The notes beneath the pieces are model-generated. The model made no database searches. It was given only the letters and a program-made list of their open reading frames with translations, and was not told where the DNA came from. 64,000 nt of DNA from Escherichia phage vB_EcoM-RPN187, in the sequence record OL770074.2; one strand, written 5' to 3'. A program made the position numbers and the translations under genes. Within the stretch, counting starts at the first letter, position 1; every line of letters begins with the position of its first letter. Positions 27,934-36,034 of the stretch are shown here, piece by piece.

Positions 27934-28243
27934 CTAGACGGTCCACCATAGAATTGCATGCTGCCTTATCTTTAGGTTCCGCCACCGAGCATTCTAATAT
28001 TTGCCATTTTTTATAGTATCTTTTAATTAAGGTGGACGCCTTGAACCTACTAGTCGCCCCATCTTTTTCTCCGTCTTTATACGCATATAACAATTTTTGT
28101 GAAAAATCTACTTTACACTCTTGACTTTTACCACAATAATCAGACGCTGTTCTGTTTGTATACTCCGTTACATCAGTATATGTAGTATTAGCAAGAGCGT
28201 TAAACGAAACCAAGCCAACTATTAAAGCCAACATTTTGGTCAT
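27896..28243 (-). CDS. hypothetical secreted protein (115 aa), vs position
   Basis: Signal peptide MTKMLALIVGLVSFNALA; four Cys. Confidence 0.4.
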   Translation of the reverse strand: MTKMLALIVGLVSFNALANTTYTDVTEYTNRTASDYCGKSQECKVDFSQKLLYAYKDGEKDGATSRFKASTLIKRYYKKWQILECSVAEPKDKAACNSMVDRLVDSYTRGLAASD

Positions 28244-28782
28244 TCTTTTATTTCCAGTAGTTTGTTTGATTTAAGGTAATTAGCCTTTTCTAGGACTTCA
28301 GAAGCATATTTACTTCCAGCACTTGTCTTCCATCCCGCATTATATGAGGATATAGCTTTTCTTATATCCCCGTTATGTATATTTAACCAATAAGAAAATT
28401 CGATATAAGCCCATCTGGCTGAATTAGACCGCTTAGATAGCATTTTCTTAATTTGGGCATCAGTCATATTATAACCAAGCTGGTTAATTCTTGCCCTCAT
28501 TGTTGGTAGATAATTTTGGAACATTCCATACGCATGGTGACCTTTCTTATCTTTAAGATTAATACCGGCAGATGATTCCTGCCATAGTATTGCGGCCATT
28601 ATGTATCCAAGTCCTTTCTTATGCATGTTTTCATGCGTTTTAAATTTTCCATCCTTAGAAAACTGTTCCCCAAACTGATAAGCATAATTCAAGTTATCGA
28701 GTTGGACATTACTAAAAGTATGCTCGGAGCTATGTGCTGATAATGAAAGAGCAAATAGACCAGCGAGTAGTGCTTTTCTCAT
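28240..28782 (-). CDS. periplasmic lytic transglycosylase-like protein (180 aa)
   Basis: Signal peptide MRKALLAGLFALSLSAHS; family-1 lytic transglycosylase motifs WQESSAG, YGMFQ, SYNAGW. Confidence 0.55.
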   Translation of the reverse strand: MRKALLAGLFALSLSAHSSEHTFSNVQLDNLNYAYQFGEQFSKDGKFKTHENMHKKGLGYIMAAILWQESSAGINLKDKKGHHAYGMFQNYLPTMRARINQLGYNMTDAQIKKMLSKRSNSARWAYIEFSYWLNIHNGDIRKAISSYNAGWKTSAGSKYASEVLEKANYLKSNKLLEIKE

Positions 28783-28790
28783 GTTTACCT

Positions 28791-29249
28791 CTAGATTTTA
28801 ATCACTGCTTTAGAAGCTTTTCCTGGTAGTCGTTTACTGTTAATAATAGCCATTCTGCATTGAAGAGTCTTCATTTTGAACGCTGGATTTTCGCGACAAA
28901 CTGTAAGTCCTAACCAAAGATTTCCGTCAGTTATTTCTAAACGGCCTGGGCGATATTCGACACCTTCGACAAAATCTTCATCAACATCTGGACGTGCCGG
29001 CATTGATAAAAATTCTGTAACTTCTTTAACATGATTTTTTACTTTACGAAATAATTCAAAAACGTAGTTCTCATCTATTTCTCTCTGGATGGCACGATCT
29101 AAGAGATGTTGAGAATACTTGATATGAAAGCCTGGTAGTCCAAGAGACTTTGCAGCATCTTTTATACCGGCATTTATTTTGCGGAACTCCGTTTCAAAGA
29201 TTCGACGGAGTTTATTACGGCGGATAAAAACGTCAGAATTGATAGTCAT
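28791..29249 (-). CDS. regB: RegB site-specific endoribonuclease
   Basis: MTINSDVFIRRNKLRRIFETEFRKIN...SQHLLDRAIQREIDE...RLPGKASKAVIK, close to recalled T4 RegB. Confidence 0.85.
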   Translation of the reverse strand: MTINSDVFIRRNKLRRIFETEFRKINAGIKDAAKSLGLPGFHIKYSQHLLDRAIQREIDENYVFELFRKVKNHVKEVTEFLSMPARPDVDEDFVEGVEYRPGRLEITDGNLWLGLTVCRENPAFKMKTLQCRMAIINSKRLPGKASKAVIKI

Positions 29250-29278
29250 TTTTTATTTCTCCTCTAGTTGACAGGTCT

Positions 29279-29307
29279 ATAGTAACACAACTAGAGGAGA
29301 AGTAAAC
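29279..29307 (-). promoter_or_regulatory. early promoter GTTTAC-N17-TACTAT upstream of regB
   Basis: Minus strand: GTTTACTTCTCCTCTAGTTGTGTTACTATAGACC. Confidence 0.5.
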
Positions 29308-29311
29308 TACT

Positions 29312-29527
29312 TTATTGATAAAATGGAGTTAAAGCCCAAGATTCTTTAGATACCATATCGGCGAAATGCCTCATCTCTTCGATTTGGCGACGACGCTGGT
29401 CAGCATAGTCTTCTTCGCCTTCTTCCTTACAATCTTCAAGGTCTTCTTCAAGATACTTTAAGTATTCACTACAAATTTTGTTGACCTTTTCTTGAAAGTC
29501 CAATAACCCAGTAATAGTAGAAGCCAT
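29312..29527 (-). CDS. hypothetical acidic protein (71 aa)
   Basis: Coding-strand ORF upstream of regB. Confidence 0.35.
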   Translation of the reverse strand: MASTITGLLDFQEKVNKICSEYLKYLEEDLEDCKEEGEEDYADQRRRQIEEMRHFADMVSKESWALTPFYQ

Positions 29528-29793
29528 TAGTATTTTTCCTCAGGTCGAAATACTGCACGACATGCCCACATGCTGGCTTCTTTTAGATGTTGCTTAGCAT
29601 ACTTAAGAGCCTGCACTGCATCCATATCTTCTTTGGTTTGTTGCTCTGATTCATTTTCTTTCAAGATATATGCTTCTTCAATCAGAGCATCAAACATCAA
29701 TCCAAGACGGACTTCTGCATCTTTAATAGCGTTCACTTTACTGATTTTATCATCGGTATGCGGCTTGTAGCCTTTGATGTCTTCAATCGACAT
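29527..29793 (-). CDS. hypothetical protein (about 88 aa)
   Basis: Internal ATG with GAGGAAA SD (MSIEDIKGYKPH...); the track ORF is longer. Confidence 0.35.
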   Translation of the reverse strand: MSIEDIKGYKPHTDDKISKVNAIKDAEVRLGLMFDALIEEAYILKENESEQQTKEDMDAVQALKYAKQHLKEASMWACRAVFRPEEKY

Positions 29794-30007
29794 AAGGAAT
29801 TTCCTCATCGGTGGCAAGGTCATATTCGACCAATTGGATAGGCTCATTAATACCATATCCGCGTACAGTGATATCGGTTGACGGATATTTTCCAGTAATA
29901 TCACCAATTCTAAATGATTCAATGAATGATTGCTCGCCTGAGCAACTAAACCAGGCGGCAAAACATTTTAAAACATCTTCAGACCCTTCTATAATCAATT
30001 TAGCCAT
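29783..30007 (-). CDS. hypothetical protein (74 aa)
   Basis: Coding-strand ORF; its stop overlaps the next start. Confidence 0.35.
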   Translation of the reverse strand: MAKLIIEGSEDVLKCFAAWFSCSGEQSFIESFRIGDITGKYPSTDITVRGYGINEPIQLVEYDLATDEEIPYVD

Positions 30008-30369
30008 TATAGGCTCTCAGTAAAGGTACGAGCGATAACGTCGCGCTGCTGTTCCGGAGTCAGAGAGTTAAAGCGAACTGCATAACCGGATACACGGATG
30101 GTCAGCTGCGGATATTTTTCCGGATGCTTAACTGCATCTTCCAGAGTTTCACGACGCAGAACGTTAACGTTCAGGTGTTGACCACCTTCAATTTTAACTT
30201 TAGGTTGATGTTCAATTTCAATTTCACGGGCATTCAAACCGTAGAAAATTTCTGGGTCTACAATAGCGTCTTCTTTAAAAGTCTTAGAGACAATAATCCG
30301 GGCTTGAGCACCGTCTTCAAAATAAATAGTGCCTTTATGTACACCTTCAAGAATTTGATATGCTTTCAT
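30007..30369 (-). CDS. grcA: autonomous glycyl-radical cofactor (GrcA/YfiD-like; T4 Y06I family)
   Basis: C-terminal [59 protein letters not shown] with glycyl-radical motif RVSGY; 3' half of the gene is markedly GC-richer than the surrounding phage DNA. Confidence 0.8.
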   Translation of the reverse strand: MKAYQILEGVHKGTIYFEDGAQARIIVSKTFKEDAIVDPEIFYGLNAREIEIEHQPKVKIEGGQHLNVNVLRRETLEDAVKHPEKYPQLTIRVSGYAVRFNSLTPEQQRDVIARTFTESL

Positions 30370-30375
30370 ATAACC

Positions 30376-30684
30376 TCAATTAGAAAATAAATTTATCCAA
30401 GATTTTTCTTTAATCAAAAATGGGTCGGAATTAAACGCCATTAAACTTTGGGTGATTAATCCCTTAAATGGTCCATCAATAAATTCCATTTTGAAATGTG
30501 GAATACTAGTCATCAACCGTGCATTAGGAGCAGTACAAAGAACCTGCTGACCTGCGAACGGACCTTTAGTCAAACGATATCGTTTAGGTTTAAAATGGTA
30601 AATCTCGTAATTTTCTACAAGAGCCCTTTTATTGCATACTGGGCTGTTATAACAATACTCAAAAACTTCAATAGTGGTCATCAT
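30376..30684 (-). CDS. hypothetical protein (about 102 aa)
   Basis: Coding-strand ORF; internal start MMTTIEVFEY gives an ATGA-type junction. Confidence 0.35.
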   Translation of the reverse strand: MMTTIEVFEYCYNSPVCNKRALVENYEIYHFKPKRYRLTKGPFAGQQVLCTAPNARLMTSIPHFKMEFIDGPFKGLITQSLMAFNSDPFLIKEKSWINLFSN

Positions 30685-31220
30685 TGCATTCCAATCACAA
30701 AAAATTGAGGACGAGCAATACCGCCGATGCAATATTTGCTTTTGCAGCAGTGCTGTATTGCTTTAATATGGACATTGTAAATCTTATCCATATCAGGAGC
30801 TTTAATAGGCTCGTCAATTATATACAGAATACGAGAAAGCGTTAATCCACGGAATTTAGAACCTTCATTACCAATAAAACTACGGACAGAATCAGTAAAT
30901 AAACGGAATCGAATATCATCGCTAGAATAACGTGAAAATTCTTTTTTAATGTTGCCAGCAGAAATTTTAGCATAAGCTGAAGTATTAGAAAGAACAATAA
31001 CTGTTCCACCATCGAGCAGCCAATTAGCGGCAAAATTAGTTACTGCGGTAGATTTACCAGATTGTCTGCCACCGTCTAAACGAAGTGTACAGTACTGCTT
31101 GAGTACGTCTTCAAATGGTGGGGCACAACCGTTCTTACAAATTTCTTCTACTCTAGCATCAGAATGGTGTGTAAAAGCATTCATCAGGGATAGATAAGGT
31201 CCAGTTAAAAATGTTCTCAT
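30681..31220 (-). CDS. small P-loop protein (about 179 aa)
   Basis: Walker A GGRQSGKST; Walker B-like ILYIIDE. Confidence 0.45.
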   Translation of the reverse strand: MRTFLTGPYLSLMNAFTHHSDARVEEICKNGCAPPFEDVLKQYCTLRLDGGRQSGKSTAVTNFAANWLLDGGTVIVLSNTSAYAKISAGNIKKEFSRYSSDDIRFRLFTDSVRSFIGNEGSKFRGLTLSRILYIIDEPIKAPDMDKIYNVHIKAIQHCCKSKYCIGGIARPQFFVIGMQ

Positions 31221-31466
31221 ATTATTTCTCTTAAGGTTTGGGCCATTCCATGGCACATGTTAGGTCCTTCGATTCGCTATGTAAACCCATTACCGCACTT
31301 GGGCTCGACCTTATTACAGGTTGGCGGGAATCCCTCATAGAATCATGAGGTCCAGGTTGTTCCCATGTTATTTGAATGTAAATATTTTTGCCGTAATACT
31401 TATACCAGTGTGGCTTCGTTAAAATTTTTTCATCGAGTCATTTTACCTCTCCAAGTAATTATGAAT

Positions 31467-31496
31467 ATACTATCACAATTTTAGGAGAAAGTAAAC
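31467..31496 (-). promoter_or_regulatory. early promoter GTTTAC-N18-TAGTAT
   Basis: Minus strand: GTTTACTTTCTCCTAAAATTGTGATAGTAT; followed by about 180 nt without an ORF. Confidence 0.45.
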
Positions 31497-31498
31497 TG

Positions 31499-31801
31499 TT
31501 ATTTACCTTTAATTACTTTAGCTGCTTCGATAGCCGCTTGCTGAAGGTCATCCATCGACATACCGAATTTAGAAGCAAAGTTATCAATTTTCTTTTCGAC
31601 AGCATTCAAAGGCTTGGCCTGTTTACCTTCATTAGCGCCAGGAAGAGCGAGAATACGCTCTTTGTCAATATAAAGGCTTACAAGTTTCTTACGGTCTTTA
31701 TCGGACAAATCATGAAATGAATGGGCCTTTTTATTTATAGCGGCTTCTAATTTACCTGCACTCACTCGCGCTTCAGTAATAAATTCTTGATATGTTTTCA
31801 T
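31499..31801 (-). CDS. ipII: internal protein II (capsid-targeted, injected)
   Basis: 100 aa; capsid-targeting leader MKTYQEFITE then ARVSAGKLEAAINKK...; recalled T4 internal-protein family. ipII versus ipIII naming rests on length. Confidence 0.7.
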   Translation of the reverse strand: MKTYQEFITEARVSAGKLEAAINKKAHSFHDLSDKDRKKLVSLYIDKERILALPGANEGKQAKPLNAVEKKIDNFASKFGMSMDDLQQAAIEAAKVIKGK

Positions 31802-31842
31802 ATGTTTCCTTTAAATGTAAATAGGCCTAAATATAGGCCTTA

Positions 31843-32421
31843 TTAATTACCACGGGCTGCATTAGCAACGGCGTAAGCGTACTGAACATTAGCGTCTTTA
31901 AACGTACCTTTAGAGGTATCTAGTTCTGCCTTAAAGCCACCTTTAGCCATAACATCGGCAAATTCTTTACGGAAGGCCATTGCATCAAGACCTTTCCATG
32001 ATGATTTGTGCTTGGCGAATTCAAGACCAGCGTAGTTGACAGCCTTAGCTAATTTATTATCAATGACCCATTTACCGGCTTTAGGCACAAACACCGGGCC
32101 TTTCTGTTTAGAGAATAGTTTTAAATTCCAGCGACGAAGATCACTGTCGGCTTTAACAAAAGCTGCGTCTAAGTTACTAGCAACAACATCTTGAATATGG
32201 CCAAATTTAAGCCCATCAACTTCAATATTTAAATCGGTACGCCAGCGAAGTCCTTCCCAAGCGAAGGCTTTAAAATCAGAAGCTTTTGTGGCTAGATATC
32301 GTTCAAGTGGAGCAGTTTTAGGGTCAAAGCCGTTACCGCCACGATAAGTCCACTCGTCCTTATTAATGCCTTGAGCTTTTCCTGCAAAGGCCTCGGCGAT
32401 AAATTCTTTATATGTTTTCAT
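31843..32421 (-). CDS. ipIII: internal protein III (capsid-targeted, injected)
   Basis: 192 aa; leader MKTYKEFIAE; basic Lys/Ala-rich body. Confidence 0.65.
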   Translation of the reverse strand: MKTYKEFIAEAFAGKAQGINKDEWTYRGGNGFDPKTAPLERYLATKASDFKAFAWEGLRWRTDLNIEVDGLKFGHIQDVVASNLDAAFVKADSDLRRWNLKLFSKQKGPVFVPKAGKWVIDNKLAKAVNYAGLEFAKHKSSWKGLDAMAFRKEFADVMAKGGFKAELDTSKGTFKDANVQYAYAVANAARGN

Positions 32422-32484
32422 TTTTGTTTCCTTGTTTGTTTTGATAGAGTAATTATACCATATTAATACTTAAGCGTAAACTGT

Positions 32485-32745
32485 TTAAGCTTTACCGCCG
32501 GAAATAATTCCGAAGTTGTTAAAATCGTATCCAATATCGTCAACATCTACTTTAGGACTTGTAGCAACATAAGCAATTTCACTACGTTTTGCATAGGTGT
32601 TGATTTCTTTACCATCGCCACCTAAGAAAAAATACCCATTACGTTTTAATGAGCCAAAGTCTTCCGCATCACCAATGAAAGCTTTAACTTTAAATTTAGG
32701 ACCTTTGGCATCTGCTTCAGCGATAAATTCTTGATACATTTTCAT
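32485..32745 (-). CDS. capsid-targeting-leader protein (86 aa), unassigned internal-protein candidate
   Basis: N-terminus MKMYQEFIAE-A shares the IP leader and the I-x-E site. Confidence 0.5.
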   Translation of the reverse strand: MKMYQEFIAEADAKGPKFKVKAFIGDAEDFGSLKRNGYFFLGGDGKEINTYAKRSEIAYVATSPKVDVDDIGYDFNNFGIISGGKA

Positions 32746-32751
32746 TTTTCC

Positions 32752-33165
32752 TTAGTAAATTGATTTACCATAGTATTTGTACCAAGTAGGACGTTGAGCA
32801 ATTTTTTCATCTAAGCGTGCTTGACTTATCGCAATGGACGCTTCGGACGGGACATAATTATTACGAAATTCGGCAGGGATGTCGGAAATATCCTGGACAG
32901 TCGTGTCCTTGATTTTGAAACCACGTTTCAAGCATTCAGCGATTAGCTCGATTTGTCGTAAACGTAAAAATTCGAGTTTGTCGTAAAAGAATGTTACGTG
33001 GCCGGTGCCTAAGATAAATGTTGGAGAGATTTTAAAATCCCTTACACGTTTACCGTTTTGAACATGTTTACGGACTGCACTAAATACACGTGGTAATTCA
33101 CGATACTCAGCCATAAGATGTTGGTCGGTCAGTTCAGAAACAAGTGTTAAATTGATACGAGTCAT
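32752..33165 (-). CDS. denV: endonuclease V (pyrimidine-dimer DNA glycosylase) DenV
   Basis: [35 protein letters not shown]...[23 protein letters not shown], near-identical to recalled T4 DenV; ATG at 33163-33165. Confidence 0.9.
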   Translation of the reverse strand: MTRINLTLVSELTDQHLMAEYRELPRVFSAVRKHVQNGKRVRDFKISPTFILGTGHVTFFYDKLEFLRLRQIELIAECLKRGFKIKDTTVQDISDIPAEFRNNYVPSEASIAISQARLDEKIAQRPTWYKYYGKSIY

Positions 33166-33192
33166 AATTTCCTCCAAGTAGTTGATGAATGT

Positions 33193-33222
33193 ATAATATC
33201 AAAACCCTTGGAGGAAGTAAAC
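33193..33222 (-). promoter_or_regulatory. early promoter GTTTAC-N18-TATTAT upstream of denV
   Basis: Minus strand: GTTTACTTCCTCCAAGGGTTTTGATATTATAC. Confidence 0.5.
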
Positions 33223-33223
33223 A

Positions 33224-33505
33224 CTATTTTTCTGAAGCGCCTGAAATATATTTTTCAAGACGTTGTTTCATTAGCGAGCCGTTCTTAGCGATTTCTTCCG
33301 GTTTATCGCACATACGCAACAAGGCTTCAAGCTTAACGATATCGCTGGTACGTTCAAATTTGCGAGTATCTATCTTACTAGCAAGTTCAGAAATACGTGC
33401 TAATAGACTTTCAGCTTCAACCAAAGCTGCGCCTAGCTTAGTTGCAAATGTGTCAGTAGCTTCGTTAAGAATAGATTCTGATAAAAATTCACTATATGTT
33501 TTCAT
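33224..33505 (-). CDS. capsid-targeting-leader protein (93 aa), unassigned internal-protein candidate
   Basis: ATG at 33503-33505 gives [11 protein letters not shown]...; start overlaps the lysozyme stop (ATGA). Confidence 0.5.
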   Translation of the reverse strand: MKTYSEFLSESILNEATDTFATKLGAALVEAESLLARISELASKIDTRKFERTSDIVKLEALLRMCDKPEEIAKNGSLMKQRLEKYISGASEK

Positions 33506-33990
33506 ATATACGCTTTCCAAGTTCCTGTTTTAAATGTTGAGATTACGCGTTTCGCGCGATTAGGTGTCTGACGATACCATTTAGATTGGGCTAGATTTAC
33601 TGCCGCTTCATCCCAACGTTTCTGTTGAAGCATACGAAGAGAATTAGTAAAACCAGCAACGCCTGCTACACCCATTTGGAAGACCATATTGACCAATGCA
33701 CATCGACGAACCGCATCTAAAGAATCATATACCGGTTTAAGTTTAGCATTACCCAAGATTCCTCGAACGGCTTTATCAACGTCTTCATTAAATAGCTTTT
33801 CGGCCTCATCAAGGGTAATTGTACCGTTGCATTTACGTCCGATCATTCTGTCAAGTTCAGCTTTAGCTACGGCTAAAGACGGGTTCTTTGTTACTAAATG
33901 ACCTATGCCAATCGTCCAAAAGCCTTCAGTGTCTTTGTATAAAGACAGTCTAAGACCTTCGTCATTACGAAGCATTTCAAATATATTCAT
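33502..33990 (-). CDS. e: endolysin (T4 lysozyme e)
   Basis: [32 protein letters not shown]...[25 protein letters not shown], very close to recalled T4 lysozyme. Confidence 0.92.
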   Translation of the reverse strand: MNIFEMLRNDEGLRLSLYKDTEGFWTIGIGHLVTKNPSLAVAKAELDRMIGRKCNGTITLDEAEKLFNEDVDKAVRGILGNAKLKPVYDSLDAVRRCALVNMVFQMGVAGVAGFTNSLRMLQQKRWDEAAVNLAQSKWYRQTPNRAKRVISTFKTGTWKAYI

Positions 33991-34024
33991 AATACCTCCC
34001 ACGTTTATAGGAGGTATTTATTAC

Positions 34025-34483
34025 TTATAGGAGGGTAGTGAGCACCTTATATAATGATTTGCCCATTACATATTCCCATTGAGAAGGTTTAATTAACGCG
34101 AATGCATCAAATTCAGGAATCTGTCTTCCGTCCGGGAACGTATGATAGGAATTACAAACACTGTTTCTGAATTGCTCGTGCTCTACAGGGATGGTATATA
34201 GGAACAGATGAATATTCTTATTGTCTGAGTAATGATGTTCACCTAGGTCTTTCAGGAAGGCAGGGTCATATTGTGTAAACCCAGTTTCTTCTTCGCATTC
34301 ACGAATAGCGGCTTCGATAGGAGATTCACCGGGCTCGACACGACCTTTAGGAATATCCCACCGATGAGCTAAAGAACCTTTAGGACGAGAACCAGTTACA
34401 CGCCCCATGAATAATTCTTTATCTTCGGTAAGGAAAATAATACCAGCTGATAGTTCTTTCACTTTATTTTTCTTACTCATCAT
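34025..34483 (-). CDS. nudE: Nudix hydrolase NudE
   Basis: Nudix box GRVEPGESPIEAAIRECEEETGF; adjacent to e as in T4. Confidence 0.75.
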   Translation of the reverse strand: MMSKKNKVKELSAGIIFLTEDKELFMGRVTGSRPKGSLAHRWDIPKGRVEPGESPIEAAIRECEEETGFTQYDPAFLKDLGEHHYSDNKNIHLFLYTIPVEHEQFRNSVCNSYHTFPDGRQIPEFDAFALIKPSQWEYVMGKSLYKVLTTLL

Positions 34484-34971
34484 CTCAAATTCCTGCATTC
34501 GGTAATAAAACGTTCAACTTCATTATTCTTGGCCTTTATCTTGTCTTTATGTTCTTGTAAACTACTTTTAATAAGATTAATAATGATGGCGGCGGTACCG
34601 CCGCCAATGATGCCACCAACAACACTTATGATAATAGATGCTAATAAGATAGCAATAATATCAACAAAACCGAAAGAACTCACCTTAGTACTGAAAAACC
34701 ATATAGATGGTACAAATATAATCCATCCTGTTATCCATTGGCACTTATTGAAAAACTTTTCAAGCTCAGCTTGAGTTGTTCGTATTACTTCATCGATAGG
34801 TTGATATCCATTAATGTATCTGTTCACAATAATACCTGCTGGCTGGTCGATTTTAAATTCTTGGCAAATACGTTTCACTAAGTAGGATGGACATCCTGTC
34901 CATCCTACTGAATAGTATGAAATACCTTCGTTGCCATCGTCTATATTAGACCAATATGTTTTGTTAATCAT
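34480..34971 (-). CDS. hypothetical membrane-anchored protein (163 aa)
   Basis: C-terminal TM helix plus Gly-rich helix; ends in ERFITECR motif. Confidence 0.4.
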   Translation of the reverse strand: MINKTYWSNIDDGNEGISYYSVGWTGCPSYLVKRICQEFKIDQPAGIIVNRYINGYQPIDEVIRTTQAELEKFFNKCQWITGWIIFVPSIWFFSTKVSSFGFVDIIAILLASIIISVVGGIIGGGTAAIIINLIKSSLQEHKDKIKAKNNEVERFITECRNLR

Positions 34972-35657
34972 TACCAGCCTTCCATAGGGAATTCCAGATA
35001 AACTTGGGCGTTGACACGAATTTCATTGGTAATCTTTTTAAATCGGTCTGTATTACGAGATACACGTCCGAACCAACGCCATCCATTACTAATTGCACGA
35101 GAACCAGTGTGCCATGTTTGCCAATCAAACTGAAGAAGAGTACGATCTGGAGCTTCCCATTTCTCTAGTTCACCTTTTTCAATTTTTTCGAGGACTTCTT
35201 TGTGCCACTGGCGATAGATAAGTTCGCCATCAGGAATCTGACTGAACTCTGCAGTTCCTGTTGCAAAATGAGTAGGACACACATCAGCGTTAACAAGACC
35301 AAGAATATGTTCAGAATGGTAACGAGGGTTATCATAATCAGGTTGTCCTGCAGTAATAAAGTGTTGACCAACTGGAATATCAGGGCGTGGTACATCATCA
35401 TGGTGATATCCAGGAATAGCAGGATACCAACCAGGCATCAGCATGTGAACTCGTGAATCAAATACTACATCCGAGTCTTTCCAATCATCAGGAAGATTTT
35501 GGATAAAGCTACGAGTAATTGGGCCACCATTATCAAAAGCAAAATTCAAATCGCAGTTAAAGAACATAGGCTCGTTTTTAATCTGGTTGTTTTTAATCTC
35601 ATGAGCAAAACCACCTACTGCACGAGCTTGGCTATTAAACACTTTAGAACTATTCAT
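34971..35657 (-). CDS. hypothetical protein (228 aa)
   Basis: Coding-strand ORF with GAGGAAAATAAT-ATG; His/Asp-rich segment PGYHHDDVPRP. Confidence 0.45.
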   Translation of the reverse strand: MNSSKVFNSQARAVGGFAHEIKNNQIKNEPMFFNCDLNFAFDNGGPITRSFIQNLPDDWKDSDVVFDSRVHMLMPGWYPAIPGYHHDDVPRPDIPVGQHFITAGQPDYDNPRYHSEHILGLVNADVCPTHFATGTAEFSQIPDGELIYRQWHKEVLEKIEKGELEKWEAPDRTLLQFDWQTWHTGSRAISNGWRWFGRVSRNTDRFKKITNEIRVNAQVYLEFPMEGW

Positions 35658-35658
35658 A

Positions 35659-35964
35659 TTATTTTCCTCGGCATTCTTTAATGAAATTTTCTAGATTGGT
35701 AGATTCAATAGCTTTTTTACGAGCTTCTGCGTGTTCTTCTTCAGACAATTTACATTTATAATTGACCCAGGCATTATGGTCGAAACTAGTCGTGGCATAT
35801 AATAACAATGCTCCGACGAATAATAAAAACGGTGATAAGAATACAAAACCAGGAACACCATCCATATCGTAAGCCTTTTGTAATACTGCAACAGAAAGGG
35901 CCGCGTAAAAAGGTGATGCAAATATTGTTAAAAGACCAATTCGGTTGGTTTCTGTTAATTTCAT
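35659..35964 (-). CDS. hypothetical membrane protein (101 aa)
   Basis: Two TM helices; ends in ENFIKECR motif. Confidence 0.4.
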   Translation of the reverse strand: MKLTETNRIGLLTIFASPFYAALSVAVLQKAYDMDGVPGFVFLSPFLLFVGALLLYATTSFDHNAWVNYKCKLSEEEHAEARKKAIESTNLENFIKECRGK

Positions 35965-35992
35965 ATTATTCTCCTCATGTTTTAATAGGACT

Positions 35993-36022
35993 ACTATAAC
36001 ATAGTCCTATCATGTTGTAAAC
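35993..36022 (-). promoter_or_regulatory. early promoter GTTTAC-N17-TTATAGT with hairpin TAGGACTA/TAGTCCTA
   Basis: Minus strand: GTTTACAACATGATAGGACTATGTTATAGTAGTCCTA. Confidence 0.55.
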
Positions 36023-36034
36023 AGTTTTGTGAAG

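Noticed and set aside
31499-33990. Rearrangement of denV relative to ipII/ipIII compared with T4
   Set aside because: My recollection of the exact T4 order in this interval is not reliable enough to call a rearrangement.
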